From an uncultured Clostridia bacterium (GTDB lineage: Bacteria > Bacillota > Clostridia > UMGS1883), in assembly GCA_947626145.1 (NCBI GenBank), contig CANQRB010000006.1, positions 66,089-130,088 of the forward strand: a stretch of 64,000 nucleotides of DNA. Reading direction: 5' to 3'. The position numbers and the translations under genes were made by a program. Below, piece after piece: positions 17,207 to 26,097 of the stretch (position 1 is the stretch's first letter; each line of letters opens with the position of its first letter). The notes under the pieces were generated by a model that worked only from the letters and a program-made list of their open reading frames with translations, ran no database searches and was not told the DNA's origin.

Positions 17207-20200
17207 TTATTTTCTTGTCACGCTTTCGGCCTTGGTCACGGGAACGGTCTTATCCACCATCCAGACATAAACTCTTATCTCGGAGCCGGAGGCCGCGGGC
17301 GTAAAGTCGATGCTTATATTCTGCGCAGCGGAGTTTACGGAAACCTTTTTGGACTTCACATTCAGAAGCTTTCCGTCCTCATATTCGGCGGCATAAGCGT
17401 CAACCTCGATGTAATCCTGAGCGTTGTTGAGGACGAAGCTTACCGTACCGTCGGCATATACCGCGTCGGTCACGGCCACCTCGACATTGTTATTTATAAC
17501 GCTGACCTCAACCTCGCCGCTCATGGTTATTTTTTCCTCAACGGCGGGATCGGGATGGCTGAAGGTGACGGAAACGGTGATCCTCGCGCTGCCGGCGGCC
17601 ACGGCTCTGACTTCGGCGGTACCGGCCGAGGCTCCGGCGGTGACATCGGCTATATTCACGTCGCCGCTCAGCCAGTCGGCAGTCTCAACAACATACGAGC
17701 CGTCGGCGGGCAACACTGTTATTCCCACGGTATCGCCGACGTTGGCAATAATGCCGGCGGGTTCAAGAGTGAAACCCAGCTGAGCCTTGTAATCCACGGC
17801 AGTGACGGCTCTGGAGGAACCGATGCTTACGTAGATCGTACCGGCCTGTGCGGTCAGGGCGTCGCCGTCAAGCATTATCCTGAACTGACCGGTGGTTCCG
17901 GCGGGAATAACGACGCTCTCGCTGACGGGGTCGGTCATTTCCCTGTCGGAATAGAAGGTGACAGTGTCATACTCCTGAAGGTTCACGCCGTCCACGTCAA
18001 CATAGGCGTAATCCGCCTCGGGAAGGTTGTAGATAACGGCCTTTGCCTCACGGACGTTGGGTGTGAGGCTGACCTTCACGGTTCCGCTGACCGTCTTGTA
18101 GTTGAGGTCGTCGGGAACGAAGGTCCAGCCGTAATCGGTATCGGCCTCGGCAACTATCTGCTCGGGGGCCTGATCTCCCACGCTGTTCCAGGTGAGGGCG
18201 CCGCCCAGAGCGCCGCCGTTCACGTCGGTGAAGCCGTTGGTAAGCACGGACTCGGCCAGGAAGGAGCCCTCCTCCACATCAGAGGCGGTGACCTCGCCGG
18301 CGGGAGCCGCCTGCTCAATTATCATGGTTCCCGTTACGGTGTTGCCGGCCAAAGCCGCCGTCTCGGGTACGCTTACCCGATAGTCATAGCTTCCGGCGTT
18401 CACGGGAGCGTCCTTCGACCAGCCTTCGGCGACTGCGGGCTCGCTGACAACAGCCATGATCATCGCCTCATCCGCCTGAACGTCCACGCTGTGGATCCTG
18501 TACTCGACGGTCACGTCCGCCCTGGCGTCGGTTGCGGCGGTGACGGTCTTGGCCTTGCCGTCATAAACAAGGCTTTCCGGCAGGGTTATGTTCAGAGCGG
18601 CGGGAATCTTGTTGCTGGCCGTTACCGAGGTATATCCGGTAACGGGAGAATTGTAGTTATCCGTGTCGCCGGGAGTGAATATCCACTCGTAGTTATAAGC
18701 GCCCTCACTGAGAACCGTTTCGGGCTGAGCCCATACAAGGGTTCCTTCCACGGCGGCGTGGTTGTTGGGATTTTCAAAGGTACCGGCGAGGGTGTCAACG
18801 GAGGCAAGAGTGTTGCCCGTAAGGCCGTTGCCCGCGCTGACGTTGACCTTGGCGGGAGTGGCCTTTGTTACCGTCACTTCACCGGTCACCGTGCCTATAT
18901 CGTAGTTCGAGCCGGCCAAAGCGGCGGCGGTGACGGCATAGCTGCCGGCGGCGGCGGTTTCGGCCGCGCCCTCGCTGGAAAGTCCGGCCTTGATGTCGGC
19001 CTTGGTCTCACCGGCGACAAGCGGGGTATCCGGGGAAACCTCAAAGTCGCTGTCGGTGAGGGTCAGGGTCTGACCGTACTCCTTTTCGGCGGAGGCGGTC
19101 AAATTAACCGTTCTCCTGTTTATATCGCCTGTGGTATGATGGGTATGGGCGGCCAGAGTGTAGTTGGCGGCGTCCCTGCCGGTGAGAGAATCAGCGGCGA
19201 CGGTCACGGTAACATTCTTGGCCGTACCGGCGGCAGCATTTTCGTAAACCGCTGTCACGGCGGAGGCGGGAATGCTTACCTCATCGCCCTCCACAAGGTT
19301 GCCCACGGCAACGGAGCCTCCGAGCAGGGCCTCCGCCGTGCCGTCATAGGTCTTGGGCGCAACGGCTATGGCGCTGTAATCGGGCTCAACGGCCAGGGGA
19401 AGGATGTTGAGGGTGGTGTACATCAGGCCGGGAGCAAACTCGTCGGTGGCCTCAATATAGGCCCGAACACTGTAAACACCGGCATCGACGGGCTCGTCGG
19501 ATACCCAATCCTCAGTGCCCTCGGGGGCGTATTTTACGGTTATCTCACCGTCTCTGTCGGCGGTGAACTTTATCCGCTTGGGCCGGCCGTCATAGACGAA
19601 CTTCATATCTTCATCGGTGAGCTTATTGAAGTTGGTGGGCGTCTTGTCGGACACGATTATGCTCACGGTATCGCCGGTCACCTTTTCGTAATTGACCTCA
19701 TCGGCGGGAGTGAATACATAAGCGGCCTGATAATTGCCCTTTTCGCTGTATGACCTGTCAGGCTCGGCCCAGGTAAACTCGCCGTCCACATGAGCCTCGG
19801 TATACGGGTTCTTGTAGTGGCCGGATATCTTTGACTGCGACAGGGCAACCTCGGTCCTTATACCTGTGGCGTCAGCCTCGACCTTGACGGGAACCGTCTT
19901 TTCGACAGTAACGCCGGCGGCAGTCTTACCGTCCAGGGTCACGGAGTAGTTGCTGTTGGCGGTGGCGTCAAGGGTATAGGGATATGCCCCGTCCTTTACC
20001 GCCGCGCCGGGAGCAAAGCCCTCGCTGCCAAAGGTTATCTTCAATTCATCGTTGGGAACGTCCTTATCGTTGGCGAAGCTCACATCGGCGGAGGTCTTTG
20101 TCTCGCCGTAGAACTTGGTCATGCCAACGGGGGTGACCGTCACGGGCATGGGATCAATATTGGCGGTCAGGGTAAACGCGGCGGCCTTTGACATTGAGTA

Positions 20201-23200
20201 GTTGCCGCTGCCGTCTCCCGTGAGAGAGTAGGCGGGCACGGTGACATTGACCGTCTTGTTTTGTCCGGCGTTTACGTCGCTGAACAGGGCCGAAATCTTT
20301 TCGCCGTCGATTGAAACGGCATCGCCCTCTGCCTTATTGGTTATGGCTATCTCACCGCTGAGAGAAACGGTATTGGCGCCGTCATAGGTTTTATTTGCGG
20401 CGGCGAGAGTGCCCTTGTCAAGGGTGACCTCAAGGGGATTGATAACAAGCTTGGCCTCGGTGGAATGGCCCAAATAATCGGGATTCGGGGCTATAGTGGC
20501 CCTTACACGGTAGGTACCGGCATTGACGGGAGGCTCATTGGTCCAGTTTTCGGTGCCTTCGGGGGCATATTCAACGGTTATTTCTCCCTCCCGACTGGCC
20601 TCGACGCTGACCGCCTTGGCCTTGCCGTCATAGGTCTGCTCCGGCAGAGAGACGGTGACGGTTGTAGGCGCCCGGTCACTGACGGTTACGGAAGCGGTAC
20701 GGGTCACGGTCATGGTCTTTTCGGCGGAATCGGGATCGGGATGCTTAAACACAGTTTCGACCATAAGGGTCGCCCGACCGGAGTCAAGGCCGGAGACAAC
20801 GGCGCTTTCGCCGCTTCCCTCAACGGAAACACAATCCTCGTCAACTATCCACTTCGAGCTGACTATCTCGTAATCGCTGTCGGATCTGATCAGCTTCACA
20901 TCGGTAGTCTCCTGAGGCTTGACGGTGATCTCGACGGGATCAATGCTGAAGTCCACCTCATTCTTATACTTTACGGTCTCCCACTTTGTGGAGCCCTCGA
21001 TGCGGGCATATACTTCTCCGGCGGAGGCGGCAAGCGCGTCGGGATCGAGAGCTATCCTCACCCTGCCGCTCATATCCCGGGTTATATGTACCTCGCGGCA
21101 TACGGGATCGTCGGGCTCGGCGGCGATCACGCCGCCCTGGTTGTTCACACTGTATTTATAGAAGGCTACAACGTCGCCGACCTTCAGGTTCTCGCCGTCA
21201 ACGTTGACATAGGCGTAGTTGCCGTCGTCGCCGGGAAGGTTGTAAACAACGGTGTCCTTAGGCGCCCGGGTGAGGGTGACGCTGACTCTGGCGGTACCCG
21301 TAACGCTGCGGTAGTTTTCCGACGTGGGCAGGAATACCCAGGTGTAATCCACATCGGGTCTTACGGTTACCTGATTGGGCTGTCTTTCGCCGTAGGGCAT
21401 CCAGCCGAGCTTACCGTCAACGGCAGTTCCGTCCACGCCCGTGAAGGTGCCGCTCAGCAAGGCCATATCCAAGGTCTGGCCGGTCTCGACACCGGCGGCC
21501 GTAACCTCTGCGGCGGCCTTGGGCTCGGCGGGGGAAATGTTAAGCACGGCGGTGGTGGAGTTGGCGGCATAATCACCGTCCGCGGCAACGTCTATCTTAA
21601 CAAGGTAGTTGCCCGCATCCACGGGAGCGTCGGCTGTCCAGCCGGCCGCACCGGCAGGAGCGGAGGCTCCGCCCTCAAATGAAGGCTGCTCCTGTCCCTC
21701 GTCGTGAGGCGCGGCGTCGGTCTTCTGATACTGTACGGTAACGGCTCCGCCTGAGTTTGTCGTTGCGGTAACGACCTTTTGCCTGCCGTCGTATACCCGA
21801 TTTTCGGGGAGCTGTACGGTAATCGACGCGGGCTCCTTGGCCACGCCGGTAACCGTCACGCTGCCCTCACGGGAGGTGTAGTTGTGCTGATCTTCGGGAA
21901 TGAACTCCCACTCGTATACATTGGCGCCCTGCTTTATTTCGGTTTCGGGCTGCTTCCAATGGAGGTCGCCCTTGACCTCGTTCCTGGTGTAGGGGTTCTC
22001 AAAGGTGGCGCTCAGCGTAACGGAGGAAAGGGGCTTGCCCTCCTTGCCGTCGGTGACGGCCACGTTATCCCTTACCAGTCCGGGAGTGGCCTGCTTTACG
22101 ATGACCTTGCCGGCCCCGCCCTGGAAGCCATTTCTCACATAGTTGCTGGTGGGGGCGGTGTCGCCCTTTATTTCGTACTCGCCCACCTCGGCGTCAACGG
22201 CGGCGCCGGCGCTGGTGAGCACCATCTTTACGTCTTCCTTGGTTTCGCCTTCGACAAGGTGGCCCACGGATATATCAAAGTCCTCATGGTCAAAAATTAT
22301 GTATTCGCCATAGAATTTTTCCTTGTCCGGAACGGTAAAGGTCAGGGGCAGAGGAACGATGGTCGCCTCGGCGTGATGAACCATGTCGTGAGGAATGATA
22401 TAGTTTGCCGCCTGAGCGCCCTCGAGGGCGTTCGCCGCATGGAGCGTCAATTCAAGCGTCTGCTTGCCGGCGTTGGGGTGCAGGAATTCGGCGGTCACAT
22501 TGGCCCGCTTTATCCTGACGTCGTCCGCGACGCTCTTGCCGTCCACCGTCCTGTAATACCTGTAATATACCTCAACGGGTGTGAGGGCGATGTTGGCGTT
22601 GGTTCTGCCGTTGTATGCCTTCTGCGAAACGGGGGTGGGGTGCCACAGGAACTGGGTCAATTCCCTCTGACGGATGGTCAGATTGGCCACGCCTGTGCCC
22701 TCGGCATAGCCCCCTTCGCTCCCGATATAGGCTATGACGTCATAGCTGCCGGCGTCGATGGGTTCCTCTGTGCTCCACTCTTCCGTGGAGCTGTGGAGCC
22801 TGTAGCGCACGGTGATCTCACCCTCGCGGTCGGCCTGGAAGCGCACGCCGTGGGGCTTTGCGTCATACATGAGATCCAGTTTTTGTCCGGGAACAACCGT
22901 GACAAGAGTAGGAGTGCCGCTGGAAACGGTCACCGTCACCGCATCCTCAACGGTCTTATAGTTTTGTGTGTCCGTGGGGGTAAATATGTAGGGCTCGACA
23001 AAGGTGCCCTCCGAGCTCATTTTTTTGTCTCCGTCCTTCCACTTGAAGGTTCCGTGAACGGGCTCGTCCGTATATCTGTTGACAAATTTTGCCGTAATTA
23101 CGGACTCGGAGAGCTTCTGGCCCACGGCTATGCCGGAGGTGCTCTCCGACGCAACCATTGGTTCGGACTGGGTGACGGTGACGACGGGCTTGTCGCTTTC

Positions 23201-24481
23201 GTCGATCGTCACGCTGTAGCCCGTCACCTGACCGCTGATTGTATAGGGATAGCTGCCGACCTTGGCGGCGGCCTCGAAGCCGGCGCTGGTGAAGGTCAGG
23301 CCGTTGCGGATGAATGATTCGTCAACGCCTTCGGCAAGTATATTGTACTTTACATCCGAGGAAGTACGGGTCTCGCCGTATTCCTTGGTGATGCTCTCCG
23401 GCTTCACGGTTATGCCCATGGAATTTACGGTGAGCTTTAAGTTAATTTTGCGTATAACGCGGAATGAGTTATAGTAAAACTGCATTACACCGGTATGCAC
23501 ACCCGCGGTAAGACCGGTTTTGGCCACGATTTGGCCATTTACGGTCTCGCCGGGCTCGATGGGGTTCTTATCCAGCTTAAGGCTGCCGACGGCACAGTTG
23601 AAACTGCCGTACATGGTCAGCTTCTGATTGCCGGTGTTCTTAAACTCAATATTGACGGGCTTGACATCCTCCGCCGTATAGCCCATAGTGGCGGCGCCCA
23701 GATCGATGCTGGCGGAAAGGCTTCCGCTGGCGTCGCTGACGAAGATGCTCTCACCCTTGTGCTCGCCGTCGGCGTAGACTATATCGTAGTCATATCTGGG
23801 GAGCTCGCTGACAACGGCGGTCAGCTTCGGTATGCTGCCGTCCTCGCCGAGGGCGGGGACTCTGTTGACGATTTTACCCTCCGCGTCCTTCCAGCCTCTG
23901 ATGCCATTATTGGGATCGTTAGAGACAATCTTGGGGAGACCCAGCATATCAAGGGAGTCGTTCTCGAAGGCATAAATGGGGCTGGCGACCTCGGTCTCGA
24001 AACTGCCGTCCTTCGGATCAATGATCAGCTCAACGGCGGACATCTTCTTTTCCAGGGAATTGGTGGGTTCCTGATCCGCAGCGAGGCTGCCGTCCTCATC
24101 CCTTCGGGGATTGGCGTACCAGTTTACTTTATAGCTGCCGGTCTCGACCGAAGGCATTTCCCAGCAGAAATAGTTGTCTCCGCCGTCTTTTATTCTTGAC
24201 GGGTAGGATTTTTCGCCATTCGGGGCGATCACCTCGATAACTCCGTCGGAGTCATAGGGAAGTCTGCCCCAGGTTCCGACGTTCCAAAAGCTGACCCACA
24301 TAATACTGTCCTGTTTTACGGGGCAGCCTGACGAACTTACAGAGCCATAGGCCTTGTAGTTCAGTGACATGATAGTCACGGCCGACGCCATAAGTTCGGC
24401 GTCCTCGGCCATAGCCATCGCCGGGAATACGGCGCAGATCATGGTCAGTGCCACAAGTGCCGCCAAAATTCGTTTTTTCAT
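17207..24481 (-). CDS. Giant secreted repeat protein (2424 aa) with MBG (YDG) and Big_2 Ig-like domains; putative adhesin
   Basis: Signal peptide MKKRILAALVALTMICAVFPAMAMA. Many KTYDG/VYDG motifs and Ig-like modules. A large internal segment is duplicated. No LPXTG was seen. RBS AAGGAGAA. Confidence 0.8.
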   Translation of the reverse strand: MKKRILAALVALTMICAVFPAMAMAEDAELMASAVTIMSLNYKAYGSVSSSGCPVKQDSIMWVSFWNVGTWGRLPYDSDGVIEVIAPNGEKSYPSRIKDGGDNYFCWEMPSVETGSYKVNWYANPRRDEDGSLAADQEPTNSLEKKMSAVELIIDPKDGSFETEVASPIYAFENDSLDMLGLPKIVSNDPNNGIRGWKDAEGKIVNRVPALGEDGSIPKLTAVVSELPRYDYDIVYADGEHKGESIFVSDASGSLSASIDLGAATMGYTAEDVKPVNIEFKNTGNQKLTMYGSFNCAVGSLKLDKNPIEPGETVNGQIVAKTGLTAGVHTGVMQFYYNSFRVIRKINLKLTVNSMGITVKPESITKEYGETRTSSDVKYNILAEGVDESFIRNGLTFTSAGFEAAAKVGSYPYTISGQVTGYSVTIDESDKPVVTVTQSEPMVASESTSGIAVGQKLSESVITAKFVNRYTDEPVHGTFKWKDGDKKMSSEGTFVEPYIFTPTDTQNYKTVEDAVTVTVSSGTPTLVTVVPGQKLDLMYDAKPHGVRFQADREGEITVRYRLHSSTEEWSTEEPIDAGSYDVIAYIGSEGGYAEGTGVANLTIRQRELTQFLWHPTPVSQKAYNGRTNANIALTPVEVYYRYYRTVDGKSVADDVRIKRANVTAEFLHPNAGKQTLELTLHAANALEGAQAANYIIPHDMVHHAEATIVPLPLTFTVPDKEKFYGEYIIFDHEDFDISVGHLVEGETKEDVKMVLTSAGAAVDAEVGEYEIKGDTAPTSNYVRNGFQGGAGKVIVKQATPGLVRDNVAVTDGKEGKPLSSVTLSATFENPYTRNEVKGDLHWKQPETEIKQGANVYEWEFIPEDQHNYTSREGSVTVTGVAKEPASITVQLPENRVYDGRQKVVTATTNSGGAVTVQYQKTDAAPHDEGQEQPSFEGGASAPAGAAGWTADAPVDAGNYLVKIDVAADGDYAANSTTAVLNISPAEPKAAAEVTAAGVETGQTLDMALLSGTFTGVDGTAVDGKLGWMPYGERQPNQVTVRPDVDYTWVFLPTSENYRSVTGTARVSVTLTRAPKDTVVYNLPGDDGNYAYVNVDGENLKVGDVVAFYKYSVNNQGGVIAAEPDDPVCREVHITRDMSGRVRIALDPDALAASAGEVYARIEGSTKWETVKYKNEVDFSIDPVEITVKPQETTDVKLIRSDSDYEIVSSKWIVDEDCVSVEGSGESAVVSGLDSGRATLMVETVFKHPDPDSAEKTMTVTRTASVTVSDRAPTTVTVSLPEQTYDGKAKAVSVEASREGEITVEYAPEGTENWTNEPPVNAGTYRVRATIAPNPDYLGHSTEAKLVINPLEVTLDKGTLAAANKTYDGANTVSLSGEIAITNKAEGDAVSIDGEKISALFSDVNAGQNKTVNVTVPAYSLTGDGSGNYSMSKAAAFTLTANIDPMPVTVTPVGMTKFYGETKTSADVSFANDKDVPNDELKITFGSEGFAPGAAVKDGAYPYTLDATANSNYSVTLDGKTAAGVTVEKTVPVKVEADATGIRTEVALSQSKISGHYKNPYTEAHVDGEFTWAEPDRSYSEKGNYQAAYVFTPADEVNYEKVTGDTVSIIVSDKTPTNFNKLTDEDMKFVYDGRPKRIKFTADRDGEITVKYAPEGTEDWVSDEPVDAGVYSVRAYIEATDEFAPGLMYTTLNILPLAVEPDYSAIAVAPKTYDGTAEALLGGSVAVGNLVEGDEVSIPASAVTAVYENAAAGTAKNVTVTVAADSLTGRDAANYTLAAHTHHTTGDINRRTVNLTASAEKEYGQTLTLTDSDFEVSPDTPLVAGETKADIKAGLSSEGAAETAAAGSYAVTAAALAGSNYDIGTVTGEVTVTKATPAKVNVSAGNGLTGNTLASVDTLAGTFENPNNHAAVEGTLVWAQPETVLSEGAYNYEWIFTPGDTDNYNSPVTGYTSVTASNKIPAALNITLPESLVYDGKAKTVTAATDARADVTVEYRIHSVDVQADEAMIMAVVSEPAVAEGWSKDAPVNAGSYDYRVSVPETAALAGNTVTGTMIIEQAAPAGEVTASDVEEGSFLAESVLTNGFTDVNGGALGGALTWNSVGDQAPEQIVAEADTDYGWTFVPDDLNYKTVSGTVKVSLTPNVREAKAVIYNLPEADYAYVDVDGVNLQEYDTVTFYSDREMTDPVSESVVIPAGTTGQFRIMLDGDALTAQAGTIYVSIGSSRAVTAVDYKAQLGFTLEPAGIIANVGDTVGITVLPADGSYVVETADWLSGDVNIADVTAGASAGTAEVRAVAAGSARITVSVTFSHPDPAVEEKITMSGEVEVSVINNNVEVAVTDAVYADGTVSFVLNNAQDYIEVDAYAAEYEDGKLLNVKSKKVSVNSAAQNISIDFTPAASGSEIRVYVWMVDKTVPVTKAESVTRK

Positions 24482-24555
24482 GTCAATTCTCCTTACTGTG
24501 TTATTTTTTGGTCACAAACCGGTGCGGCCTGAATTTCAGTTTATGCCGACATAAG

Positions 24556-24585
24556 TATATCATAAAGTCAGCAAATATGCAAGCC
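24556..24585 (-). promoter_or_regulatory. Candidate promoter of the giant protein gene
   Basis: Minus-strand TTGCAT-atttgctgactttatga-TATACT. Confidence 0.4.
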
Positions 24586-24614
24586 ATAAATCGCAATTTA
24601 TGAAAATTTTTTCA

Positions 24615-24652
24615 CGAAAAACGACGGTGCACAACATCGCCGTCGTTTTTCA
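24615..24652. terminator. Bidirectional terminator downstream of rluD
   Basis: gaaaaacgacgg-loop-ccgtcgtttttc with A and T runs on both sides. Confidence 0.5.
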
Positions 24653-24662
24653 ACAAAATATT

Positions 24663-25577
24663 CTATTCACGGTTCACGGCCCGCAGCCGCTCAAGCACCC
24701 GCGCAAAGTCCTGTGGCAGAGGGGCGGAAAAGCTCATCCGCTCACCGGTGGAGGGGTGGATAAAGCCTATCTCTCCGGCGTGGAGAAGCTGGCCCTCCAG
24801 ATTAAAATCCTCGTTTTTTACCCCGTAGGTTTTGTCGCCAACTATTGGGTGGCCGATGTGGCGCATATGGACTCTTATCTGATGGGTGCGGCCGGTGCGG
24901 AGCTTGCAGCGCACAAGGGTGTATTTGCCGAAGCGCTCAACCACCTCAAAGTCCGTCACCGCGTCCCGGCCGTCCGCCGTCACGGCCATTTTTTTACGGT
25001 CGGCGGAGCTTCGGCCGATGGGGGCGTCAACCGTGCCAACCTCCTCCTTTATATTGCCGTGGACAAGGGCGTAATAGGTCCGGCTGAGACTGCGGTCCTT
25101 GAGCTGTTCCGACAGTGAGAGGTGGGCGGCGTTGTTTTTGGCCACGGCCAAAAGGCCCGTGGTGTCCTTGTCTATCCGGTGGACTATGCCGGGCCGCAGC
25201 ACCCCGCCTATGGCGGAAAGGCTGTCGCCGCAGCGGTACATGACGGCGTTCACAAGAGTGCCGTCCTCGTTGCCGGCGGCGGGGTGGACCACCATGCCCC
25301 GGGGCTTGTTGACGATGAGGACGTCGGCGTCCTCGTAGACCACGTCAAGGGGTATGTCCTGGGGAACGGCCTCGGCCTCCCTCACCTCGGGAAGCTCGAT
25401 TTCAACAACGTCGCCGGGCTTCAGCTTTGCCGACGCCTTGGCCGGAGAGCCGTTTATCCTCACAAGTCCGGCGTCAAAGAGCTTTTTCGCATAGCTGCGC
25501 GTCAGATCGGCGTCCTCGCTGACAAATACGTCACTGCGGACAGCCCGTGTCGCCGTCAAAGTCAAAGTCCGCCTCAT
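24663..25577 (-). CDS. rluD: 23S rRNA pseudouridine synthase, RluD subfamily
   Basis: N-terminal S4 domain and the RluA catalytic motif HRIDKDTTGLL. Confidence 0.85.
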   Translation of the reverse strand: MRRTLTLTATRAVRSDVFVSEDADLTRSYAKKLFDAGLVRINGSPAKASAKLKPGDVVEIELPEVREAEAVPQDIPLDVVYEDADVLIVNKPRGMVVHPAAGNEDGTLVNAVMYRCGDSLSAIGGVLRPGIVHRIDKDTTGLLAVAKNNAAHLSLSEQLKDRSLSRTYYALVHGNIKEEVGTVDAPIGRSSADRKKMAVTADGRDAVTDFEVVERFGKYTLVRCKLRTGRTHQIRVHMRHIGHPIVGDKTYGVKNEDFNLEGQLLHAGEIGFIHPSTGERMSFSAPLPQDFARVLERLRAVNRE

Positions 25578-26022
25578 CCTTAACCCCCCTTATCAGCACC
25601 CGAAGGGCCAGCATTACGGCCCCGACGGTTATGGCGCTGTCGGCAATGTTGAACACCGGAAAACGCATGAAGGTCAGCTCGACCATATCCCGAACGTAGC
25701 CCAGAGCCACTCTGTCGATGAGGTTGCCAAGTCCGCCGGCCACTATCAGGGTCAGAGACCAGAGGAGCCACTTGCTGCGGGGCTTGTAACGCACTATATA
25801 AAAAACTATGGCCGCGAACACCAGCACCGACACGGCTATGAGCAGCCACTTGCGCCCCTGAAAGATACCGAAGGCCGCGCCCTCGTTCCGCACGAAGGTT
25901 ATGTCGATGAAATTGGGTATCAGGGTGAAGCCCTCGCCCACGGCGAAGCTTTTCACCGTCAGAATTTTTGTTATCTGGTCGGCGGCGATTATGAGTATCA
26001 GGGGGATAAGATAAAGGAACAT
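25531..26022 (-). CDS. lspA: Lipoprotein signal peptidase II
   Basis: FVRNEGAAFG and NIADSAIT motifs with 4 TM helices. Overlaps the rluD start by 47 nt. Confidence 0.85.
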   Translation of the reverse strand: MFLYLIPLILIIAADQITKILTVKSFAVGEGFTLIPNFIDITFVRNEGAAFGIFQGRKWLLIAVSVLVFAAIVFYIVRYKPRSKWLLWSLTLIVAGGLGNLIDRVALGYVRDMVELTFMRFPVFNIADSAITVGAVMLALRVLIRGVKDEADFDFDGDTGCPQ

Positions 26023-26056
26023 GAAGGATCCCTCCTTTTTTGTACATATATTCGGC

Positions 26057-26083
26057 GAGGAGTTAGGAAGCTCCTAACTCCTC
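26057..26083. other. Perfect 12-bp stem / 3-nt loop hairpin in the ileS-lspA intercistronic region
   Basis: gaggagttagga-agc-tcctaactcctc. No U-tract on the transcribed (minus) strand, so it may be an RNA processing or stability element. Confidence 0.45.
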
Positions 26084-26097
26084 ACTTTTAATTACCG

